A DNA stretch of 64,000 nt. Origin: Eledone cirrhosa (taxonomy: Eukaryota). The stretch lies in NCBI GenBank assembly GCA_964016885.1, contig OZ024752.1, forward strand, positions 26,474,001 to 26,538,000, read 5' to 3'. The notes under the pieces are model-generated. The model made no database searches. It had not been told where the DNA came from and saw only the letters and a list, made by a program, of their open reading frames with translations. The number at the start of each line of letters is the position of its first letter. Position 1 is the stretch's first letter. The translations under genes and the position numbers were made by a program. This document shows, in pieces, positions 16,621 to 28,456 of this stretch.

Positions 16621-16920
16621 GTGAGGTTTTTTTTACAAAATGAAAAATAACCGAGGTGTCCTACACGAGTGGAAGTATAAAGAAAAAGGGATGAAATCGA
16701 AAATGCAACTGAAGTCTTATTTTTTTTTTTAAATATATATATTTATTTGGTTCCTTTACCGGTTTCGCAGTTCTTCTGCTTTTCAAAAGGTGAGTTGAGA
16801 TGGAGGGTCTGTGGTTTTTCTCACATCTGTGAGAAAAACCACAGACCCTCCATCTAAATAAATATATATATTTTTTTAAAAAATAAGACTTCAGTTGCAT
16901 TTTCGATTTCATCCCTTTTT

Positions 16921-16971
<51 letters not shown>

Positions 16972-17059
16972 TGTGTATATATGTATATATATGTATATAT
17001 ATGTATATATATGTATATATATGTATATATATGTATATATATATATATGTATATATATG

Positions 17060-17136
<77 letters not shown>

Positions 17137-17649
17137 GTATATATATTTATATACACACTCATAAATATATATATATAATCTCTCCCCTTTGGTATTTGTT
17201 GTTGGTGTCGTTGTTATCTATTGGCATACGTATGGTCAACAATTTATTCAAGGTCTTTTCCTCTAATCTCGTAACTGAGTCGGCTTTGATGCCAGGAATT
17301 TATTTCTTCTCTCATCAAGTGTATAAAGACTATTTCAATTGTTTTTGACATGGTTTACTTGTTAAGGTGTTCGGCACAGTCTCCTTTGGTTATGAGTTTG
17401 ATTCCTGACGTTGCGTTCTGTCACTGAGCTACACGCTTTATTTCGCATTACTCCAGCCTACTCAGGTGGAACACATAAAACCTACCGATAACTCAAAGGA
17501 CCGGCTTTGTCACACGCTGTCACTCTCAATTTTTCTGAGAACATCATTACGGGTAAAATCAGCTACTTGCACGCTAATTTCTTTGGCAGGCTCTTCTGTT
17601 GGTCATACAACGGAGCTTCTACTCTCATACGCACATGCAATGGACACGT

Positions 17650-17699
<50 letters not shown>

Positions 17700-17846
17700 G
17701 CACACCCACACACACACACACACACATATATATCTATATGATTGTGTTTTGTTATTTCTGTTTACCTTTTACACACATATATATATATACATATACACAC
17801 ACATATATATATATATTTATTTATTTATTTATTTAATTAGAGAGAG

Positions 17847-17911
<65 letters not shown>

Positions 17912-18115
17912 ACAACAGAAACACAAACCCTCCATCTCAATTTTACTTTTGAAAATCATAAGAACTGTCAAACCAGTAAAGTAAATAAATAAATATTCTT
18001 AAAAGACTCCAGTTGCATTTTCAATTTCTTTTCCTTATACTTTCACCCGTGGGGGACTCCTCTCTTTTTAAAAACCTCATTTTGTTATATATGTATATAT
18101 AACCTCATTTTGTTA

Positions 18116-18194
<79 letters not shown>

Positions 18195-18311
18195 CGAAGG
18201 AGGTGTGATAAGGAGCCAGATGGACCATAACGCACCAGAGTACTCCACACTTACGTCCAGAAATAGCCGTCGAAACGGCTTGAGCTCTGACGTCGGGGTC
18301 AAACATTTTCC

Positions 18312-18404
<93 letters not shown>

Positions 18405-18859
18405 GTGGGTGTGGGTGTGTGTATGTATATATATATGCACACCTAACCCAAATCTGCCAGTGAGCGGCCGATACTTGGACAGTTTTCCATGTTCGGCCTC
18501 GTGGGCAGCATAGTCTGGGCTGGTAGCCGAACGCACCAGATGCCCGCTAGAGAAGATGTCACAATGTTTCTATTATTTCTTCATTCTTTTAAGTAACTCT
18601 TAAGCTCCCGTATAAAATGAAATGAAACTACATTACCAATACGTCCATGAAATGAACAATAATATCAGAATGGTCATTCTAATGGTGTGTTTATGAAACA
18701 GACATATACTCCAGGTCCAAACACAAAGGAACCAAACTCCCACGTTACTGCAACCGTCTCTCCCACTTTCCCTATCTCTCTAAGCAGTACTTTGACTACT
18801 TCACATACAAAATTAAGTCTTATAATCTGGTACTAAAATATCAAACAAACACAACAACA

Positions 18860-19173
18860 ATACGTTGTAAATAATAAACACAACCACAAGGATACAGTCC
18901 GAACGTGGAAGAGCCGAACTCCCATTGTCATCGCCTCCATCTCACTGTGTGGTGAGCAAATAGGGTTCTACGTGCTGGCCTCCCCACAGCACCGGCGGGC
19001 AGAATGGAGAAGGAGTTTCCTCGGGGGTTGATAAGGGAGATGCGCTGGAAGAGCCATTCCATTTTGCGAGGCTCACACCAGGGGCTGGCCAGCTCAGCGC
19101 CTATGGTGGTGAGTAGGGAGGTAGCCCTAGGGCCAAGGACACCAGAAGTCTCCTCTGCCAAGGGAACGACCGC
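18860..19173 (-). mobile_element. CRE-clade RLE retrotransposon C-terminal fragment
   Basis: VPLAEETSGVLGP..EPRKMEWLFQRISL..RGNSFSIL resembles the CRE C-terminus. The preceding segment [20 protein letters not shown] lies at 18450-18545. Confidence 0.7.
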
Positions 19174-19671
19174 AATAATGATCTGCTCTCTAGTAAAGAT
19201 ACTATAAACATTTGAATTAACAAACTTTCTTTTAGATATTTTCATTTTCTGCTAAATTATTGCAGGATGTAAAGACTTAAATACATTAACACATTTTCAT
19301 TCTTCATATTGTTTTCATTTCTTATTCATTTGTCATTCATTCTTTCTATCATTCTGTATTTTTTTCTTTCTATTTGCCAGGTGTTCCTTTGTCTTCCTAT
19401 CCAGAATGCTTCAGCTGCATCACTGGCCAATGTATAACTCGGCATTATAGATCCGCACAACCGGTCCCTCCAAGCTCTTCACATTCACACAGTCAACGAT
19501 AGTATAATACATATGTTCATATGTATATATGTATACGTTTACATGTGTATATGTATATATATATAAATGAATAAATAAATATATTTTACATGTATACATA
19601 TACATATATATATATATTTATATATTTCTATTATATTATATCGAACGAAAAGGAAAGAAGTCCATCACGCC

Positions 19672-20621
19672 ATGAAGACACCCCAACGACTTTTCACACT
19701 GATTGTATTATCCTTTCTATTGGCGGTTCTGCTACTAAACACAGCCCTTATAAGTCGACTTTTCTCAATGGCTTCCACGGATTACTTGGGGACGGACATA
19801 GAAGCAGTTGGCGAGAAAGAGGCGACCTATTACCTGATTCGTGAGGGCCAGGCCGTCAGCGATCCTTACCGCATAGACTACTCCAACACAAGGGCCGGAG
19901 CAAATCGGGCCCACTTGCACTTACTCCGGAAGAACCTCAATAAAAGCAACGCCAGTAGTGGCGGGGGTGGCGGCGGCGGCGGCGGCGGTGGTGGTGGTGG
20001 TGGTGGTTTTGGCCATGATACTGGAGTCGGTGGTGCTGGTGGTGGCGTAGAAGGAGGAGGGGGAGGAGCTGAAGGTGGTGTAGGTGTCGCTGGCAATGTC
20101 AATGGTGCCCTTGCTGCTGCTGCTGTTGTTGTTGTTGCCGGTGGGGCTGGTGGTGGTGTTGCTGGAGGCGGAGGTGGTGGTGGTGGTGGTGGTGGCGGTC
20201 ATGCCGAGGAAGAGGATAACAACGAGAACAACAACAACAACAACAATAACAACAATAACAACAATAACAACAACAACAATAACATAAGCTTGGAACGAGA
20301 GAGGGCAGCACATGACCAAAACGATACCCCCGAGCAGGACGATGACATCCCGCTACGCCGCGAGCTTGAACGAGGCGGAAACAGCCAACACCACCACCAC
20401 CAACTGGATAAGAGTCTACGATGGCGGAACAGCAAACGGACAGGTTTACTGAACGCAGGAATCTTGCAGAAATGTGTCAATTCAACGGCAAATGCCGTCT
20501 ACATCAAGGAACTATATCGAATTATAGAAAAATACTTCCGGGATAAAATCGATGTGATTCCGTCTCAACGTCGAAATGTTAGGATGCCCAGCCTCAAGTC
20601 CATCTTCCGCAGTTATGACCA
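19672..20621 (+). CDS. FAM20C: FAM20C-like secretory pathway kinase, coding exon 1 (signal anchor plus low-complexity stem)
   Basis: ATG at 19672. Hydrophobic anchor LFTLIVLSFLLAVLLLNTALI, then poly-G, poly-N and poly-H tracts. Donor GTAAGT at 20622 is phase 2 (CA|A = Gln) and joins exon 2 in frame. An upstream acceptor (tttgccag) ends at 19380. Confidence 0.85.
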
Positions 20622-20728
20622 GTAAGTAAAACATTACTGAATAATTTAATGATTTTTCTTTGCCTAAACATCTTTTACAGTCTCTTCATCCTTTTTTTAA
20701 AATCTCTTTTACTCATTAAAATAAACTG

Positions 20729-20763
<35 letters not shown>

Positions 20764-20773
20764 AAGTAATAAT

Positions 20774-20955
20774 TGTTTCTACTTTTGGCACAAGGCCACC
20801 AATTATCCAGTGTATTACTGGTACTTTATTTTATCGACCCCGTAAGGATGAAAGGCAAAGTTAACCTCGGCGGGATTTGAACTCAGAATGGCAAGGGCCG
20901 TAACTCAATGCTAGAAAGCATGGCGTCCGACCCTCTACCGATACTGCCAACCCAC
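20774..20955 (-). mobile_element. tRNA-derived SINE with 12-bp TSD
   Basis: Same family as 58284. tcaagtaataat occurs at 20762 and 20998. Confidence 0.85.
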
Positions 20956-21591
20956 CTGCTACTAAACACAGCCCTTATAAGTCGACTTTTCTCTATATCA
21001 AGTAATAATATTTTCCAATCACCGAGCGAGTTTGAAATTATTATAAATGTAAGCTATCGCCGTATTTTGACTAAAGAAATTAAAGAAATTATTTAGCCTG
21101 ATAGTGGGGTTAAGAACCCTCGGAGAAATGGAAAAAGATGAGTATTGACGTACATGGGAGTCGAACCCACATCTTTGGTTATCCAGCCCACTGTGCTACC
21201 ATTTACATCGACACACACATATATATACATATATACATATATATATATATATATGTGTGTGTGAAAAGTAAGTTTGTTTTTGAAACAGCGAGTGAGTTTG
21301 AAAATAGAAATAGAAGCTTTCATTTGCCAGTCAAGTACCGGAGTCGGTTTAATCGACTTTCCCCTCCCAACAACCTCCTGGCTTTGTATCTCAATTAGAA
21401 ATCCTTAATATAATTTGGTTAATAGACTGAAAGAAAAGTTAAGGCGACTGAGAGGATATCCTTTACATTTCTTCATCCTCCTGAGCAGTGAGTATATTGA
21501 TGTGCAGTGAAAAAGTCTTGCCAATTGCAGAGTGTAAGTTCCCCAACAACACCTCAAGGAGAGCAGTCAAACCAAATAAGAATTAGCACGG

Positions 21592-21692
<101 letters not shown>

Positions 21693-22376
21693 CAGTTACA
21701 CACACACACATATATATATACCAATGATATTAATAAATGGAAACTATATTTATAAAACCATATTTATTTTATTATATATATTTCAAGGGTACCAAAAATT
21801 TTGGTACGCCCTCATCAGATAAAATACAAAATTTGTTTTATAAATGGTGACATACCCAAGAAATCAGACCTTATCGGTTCAGGTTCAGTTTGCTTATATA
21901 TATATATATATATATATATTTGTTTTGCGAGGTTTTTGATATGAAATTGTGTGTCGAAACATCACCAAACACTATACACACACACCAAACACTATACACA
22001 CACCAAACACTATACACACACCAAACACTATACACACACACAAACGCAAGCGCAGAGAAAAAGACAAAAATAAATAAATAAATAAATAAACAGATAAAAT
22101 AAAGATGGCGTAGATATACAATACAACAGGAGGAACATAATAGCACCACTGACGATGTTGCAGATGTGCAGCGAAAGAACTTTGTTAGACTATATATATG
22201 TGTTTATATCTATATTATATCAGTATTTTTGACCGTTGGTCAGTCAATGGTAAACATTGAGGACCGAATGAATTAACTGATATAAAAGATACAGAAGCGA
22301 AAACAAACCACACAGTGAGTGTCTTCTGTTATTAATTCTGGCAATATTATTACAACAATATGACCCTCCCCAAGTA

Positions 22377-22480
<104 letters not shown>

Positions 22481-22739
22481 TATATATATATACTGTATAT
22501 ATATATATATATATATTTCGTTTTCTAAATTTGTAACAAACAAACCGAACATTATAATAAATGTTCGGTAAACCCATACGTACATGTATATATGTGTGCA
22601 TGTATGTATATACATACTGCTGTGCGTCTGTATACATATATGTATGTACGTGTACATACTTACATTTAAGTATCAGCCGTACTAAGAGTGAGAAAGGAAA
22701 TTCACTCTTTCCATTTTTTTCCATTATCTCTCTCTCTCT

Positions 22740-23512
<773 letters not shown>

Positions 23513-24503
23513 AGTACAGCATTAAGGAAGCTTTAGTTCGCGGCCAAGCTAACGAATGCAAATTCGGTATGTAGCTTTAGCACTGGTGATGGGGAAAAGT
23601 ACCCCAATATATATATATAATCGAAGAAAATGAAGAAAGAGAAAGAGACCGTTAAAATATAGTTTCTATATGAATTTCGATGTGACAATTGTACTCGTAC
23701 CCATACAGGGTTCATAATTAAACCTTTTACCTCCCTCTGAGCCTCCGACGAGCCCAACTTATGCGTAACATGTGTAAGAGCTCCATATAAATTGTATTTT
23801 AACGGTCCGCTTCTCTGTCTTCATTTTCTTCGATTATAATTGCCCTGCTTATCTTCGCACACTAAATATTAATGCTTCTAATGTTTAACCCCGTCTGTAT
23901 AGGCATCGAGCAATAAAGCACTTGCTGCTGGCAATTAATTATCTGTATCGTTTCCTCCTATAACGTTTCTTCTCTTCTTCCCTCTATTTTCTCTCTCACG
24001 ATACTATAGCATTCGGTGGATTGACAATATCGGTAGAGGGTCGGACGCTATGCTTTGCAGCATAGAGTTACGGCCATTTATGATCTGAGTTCAAATCCCG
24101 CCGAGGTTAACTTTGCCTTTCATCCTTACAGGGTCGATAAAATAAAATACCAGTAATGCACTGGATACTTGCTGGCCTTGTGCCAAAAGTAATCAAATCG
24201 GACTGAGGAAACAACGTTTCCATTGGTCTTTCCAATTGCCAATACTATCTATCGGTCGCAACTCCATGTAGAAGGGGCAAGGTGAAATAAAATGTCTTAC
24301 TCAAGGACATAACGCATCGCCCGATATATATATATATATATATCAGTATTGGTGCTCTGAAATAGCGATGTATACATGAATGGATGTATAGTATATTTGG
24401 CAATATGCTGTATATTTAATTAAAAACATTTTGAAGACCATTCGCTATGAGTTTTAAAGTAGTGTCTACGTCACTTACTTATTCTCGGCAAAAGCAAAGG
24501 AGA

Positions 24504-24550
24504 GTAATCGACAGTCCTGTTTCTCGCTCGTTAGCGGTTATCAAGACTAC
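24504..24550 (-). ncRNA. Type-I hammerhead, U3:A8 core
   Basis: Minus strand: gtagtc TTGATAA ccgc taacga gcga GAAA cag ga ctg TC gattac. Confidence 0.72.
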
Positions 24551-26182
24551 TCAGCCCCTCGCTTCTGCCGAGAATTATAGAAGCTGTCTCAATCCTATGA
24601 TATTTTGATAGGAATAGAATGAGCCTCTGTCGGTTTCGATGATGAGTGTTCAATTTGATTCAATAAATGGAACAGCCTACTCGTGAAAGTGACGTGCGAT
24701 TAACTGAGCGTTCCGAGTACACGGATACCCTGTGTGACTTTCATTTCTCTGTGATCGATACAATTAATGACCCTTTGAATTACAGATACATCTCGTTGTT
24801 TCCAGTGGAGTAGACTGGAGCAACGTGAAGTAAACTGCCTCGATCAAGGACAGAAGGTGCCGCCGGAAATCAAGCTCTCAATCTCACGATCCAGAACCTT
24901 TCGACCTAACCATTAAGCCACGCACCTTCGCACCTGGCACAAAATAAATAGCAGTTAAATTCAAGGTATAAGGCGGTGAATTGGCAGTCATTTGAACGTC
25001 AGATAGAATGCTTTGTGGTATTCGTTTTGGCTCACCTCTCTCTGAGTTCCAATAACACCCAGGTCAACTTTCCCTTTCATCCATTCGAGGTCCATAAAGA
25101 AAAGGTACCAGTCAAGTACTGGAGGACAATTCTTCCTCTATATCACTTTCTCACTTTCCCACTCACTTTCTATTCTTCTGTGGAAGAAATCTGTTGTGTT
25201 TAAACCTGGAGCGGGATGGGCTCCACCAGGTTTAAAAACTGCCCTAAAAATTCCATAGATCAATACGACTCGCTCGGGGGTTACGGGTAATGCATACATG
25301 CAGAGTCAAAGGCCACTATTCGAAAGCGCACCGATGACAGTTCAAATATTGGGTCATCAAGTATGAGATTTGGAGAAATATGTAGAAAAAAAAAAAAATT
25401 TCTAGAAATTTCATACTTGATGACCTCAATCTTCTGATGTAAAATGTAGGACAAAATACACGAGTTCAAATTTCGCTAATGTTGTTAAATGTACTAGCTA
25501 ACGATTGGCCACCAAAGTGTGTGGCCTTATGCTAATAAAGAAAAGAGCCCATAATATCACTGCCATATGTTTTGTTATATATTATAATCTACAAATACCT
25601 GAAAATCTCTATTAAAATAACGATGCGCCCTCGTATGGATGATTTAATTACAGGAAGAAACTGTGTATTGCTATGTATTAATGTGTCTGAGATGCATACA
25701 TGTATACATACATTCAAGAATGTATATATAAATATATATATATTTAAACACACACATACACACGTGTGTGTGTGTGTTTGTGTATTTATATATATATATG
25801 TATATATTATATACATACATGCATATGCATATATATATATATCAATGTACATATGTATGTACATATATGTATGTATGTATATATGTACATATATGTATGT
25901 ATGTACATATATGCATGTATGTATGTACATATGTGTATGTATGTACATATATATATATATATGCATGTATGTATGTACATATATATATATACATCTATGT
26001 ATGTATGTATGTGCATATATATATACATCTATATATGTATGTATGTGCATATAAATGTTCATATGTACATATATATATGTATGTATGTACATATATACAT
26101 ATGTATGTATGAATGCATGTATGTATATATGTATATATGTATGTATATGCATATATATATATATATGTATGTACGTACCTAT

Positions 26183-26246
<64 letters not shown>

Positions 26247-26470
26247 TAGTGTGTTTAGTGTCAGACTGTTTGTGGTAGAGAAGTATGGAGTTCGGTGGGA
26301 CACACTGCTAGTCATAATTAGTAATCAGGAATTAACAGGCTGTATAATTAACCAATTTAATTAGCAGGTGTAATCATAAATGTGCACATATATGTATGTA
26401 TGTATATATGTATATATTATGTATGTAGGTTTGTATGTATGTATGTATGTATCTATGTATGTATGTATGT

Positions 26471-26840
26471 AGGAGAAGGAAAACTCTGATATAACACCTG
26501 CAACCCTGATGGTATCCAATGATGTTGACTTGTTCTTCTTTTTGGTAAATATCATCTTGGTTAAGAGAGTGGGACTAGCTTTGTGCAGTGCATTTGCTCA
26601 CTATAAAAGCTTCACGGCACAGGCATTGCTTTATATCTGGAGATCTCTCTGCACTTGTCGTCACATGGTACCATGGGCCCAGCACTATGTGTCAATAATT
26701 GTTACAGGTGTAGTGTTTGTACCAGAGTTTTCAAGTCGCTGGTTGGACTAAAAAGTCACACTCGTTCAGCGCATCGGTAGGGGTTCTCTTACATGGATAT
26801 AAAGTAGTGGCCGTACTCGAAAACGAATTGGCAGCCACCA
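26471..26840 (+). mobile_element. 5'-truncated copy of the 26868 non-autonomous retroposon
   Basis: Direct repeat of 27103..27472 with few substitutions. (TGTA)n on both sides. Confidence 0.7.
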
Positions 26841-26867
26841 TCTATGTATGTATGTATGTATGTATGT

Positions 26868-27472
26868 AGTCACCAGTTGGTGCTACTGGTAACATGTATC
26901 CCAGTACAACCTGTATCATGGTCGGGTCGTTGGCGACTAAACTGGCAACCCCACCAAGGTTTCTTGGTGAGGAGGGTGACTTTGGACATCCAACAGGACT
27001 AAAAACAAAACCTGTCAAAGGGCAAAGGAGCTCTTAAGAGTCAATGGCCATCCAAAATCACAGGGAGAGATGACCCCTTAGCCTTTGTCAAGGCAGAATT
27101 CTAGGAGAAGGAAAACTCTGATATAACACCTGCAACCCTGATGGTATCCAATGATGTTGACTTGTTCTTCTTTTTGGTAAATATCATCTTGGTTAAGAGA
27201 GTGGGACTGGCTTTGTGCAGTGCCTTTGCTCACTATAAAAGCTTCACGGCACAGGCATTGCTTTATATGTGGAGATCTCTCTACACTTGTCCTCACATGG
27301 TACCATGGGCCCAGCACTATGTGTCAATGATTGTCACAAGTGTAGTGTTTGTACCAGAGTTTTCAAGTCGCTGGCTGGACTAAAAAGTCACACTCGTTCA
27401 GCGCATCGGTAGAGGTTCCCCTACATGGATATAAAGTAGTGGCCGTACTCGAAAACGAGTTGGCAGCCACCA
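26868..27472 (+). mobile_element. Non-autonomous retroposon of about 600 bp with RTE-like 5' UTR
   Basis: No RT ORF. Contains CTAGGAGAAGGAAAACTCTG, which I recall as an RTE 5'-UTR motif. Ends ggcagccacca + (TGTA)n. Shares its 3' end with the truncated copy at 26471. Confidence 0.65.
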
Positions 27473-27490
27473 TGTATGTATGTATGTATG

Positions 27491-28079
27491 TTTTCTCTTT
27501 CTCTTAATTTTGAGTATATTTTTTGACCGGCCACCTTCCTGGTGGCAAGGTTGTAAAAGAAAAGAAATTGTCATCCCTTGAATCGCAAGAATGTTTTGCA
27601 AATTTTGAAGGTGCCAGCTATCGCAGCCATTTGTAGACTATGAATTAGGGAGCTGCGCTTTTTGTCCGCAAATCCAAGTTCAGTCATACTTTGGTCCAAG
27701 CGGGTTGGTATATAACCCGTAGCACCAATAATGATGGGTATGAAGCTAAAGGTGTATCTTGGATACTGGATTTGTAAACTCCTCATCAATGGTCCGTAGA
27801 TGTCCTCCTTCACCTGTATTTTTCTGACAACGTTTACATCAAGTGGGCAGCTGATCTCCACAACAGAACACGTTTTCAATGTGTGGTCCCAAACTACAAT
27901 ATCAGGCCGGTTGTGTTTTAATTTGGTGGCAGTTTTTATTTTCAGGTTCCACCAGTATTCCTTAGTGCCATCTGTCTCAATATATTCTTCCTCGTTTGTT
28001 GTTGATTTTGTTTTCCGAAGTGCGTTCCAGATGGTTCTAGCTATCCCATCGTGTCTCATGGGGAGGTAGTAGCGAGATG
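27491..28079 (-). mobile_element. R4/Dong-like element, about 590-bp 3' fragment
   Basis: Near-identical to 28457..29046, with the same 3' end. Flanked by (TGTA)n. Confidence 0.92.
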
Positions 28080-28135
28080 TATGTATGTATGTATGTATGT
28101 ATGTATGTATGTATGTATGTATGTATGTATGTATG

Positions 28136-28449
28136 TTATCTCTTTCTCTTAATTTCGAGTATATTTTTTTGACTGGCCACCTTCCTGGTGGCAAGGTTGT
28201 AAAAGAAAAGAAATTGTCATCCTTTGAATCACAAGAATGTTTTGCAAATTTTGAAGGTGCCAGCTATCGCAGTCATTTGTAGACTATGAATTAGGGAGCT
28301 GCGCTTTTTGTCCGCAAATCCAAGTTCAGTCATACTTTGGTCCAAGCGGGTTGGTATATAACCCGTAGCTCCAATAATGATGGGTATGAAGCAAAAGGTG
28401 TATCTTGGATACTGGATTTGTAAACTCCTCATCAATGGTCCGTAGATGT
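28136..28449 (-). mobile_element. R4/Dong-like element, about 310-bp 3' fragment
   Basis: Same 3' end as its neighbours. Flanked by (TGTA)n. Confidence 0.92.
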
Positions 28450-28456
28450 ATGTATG

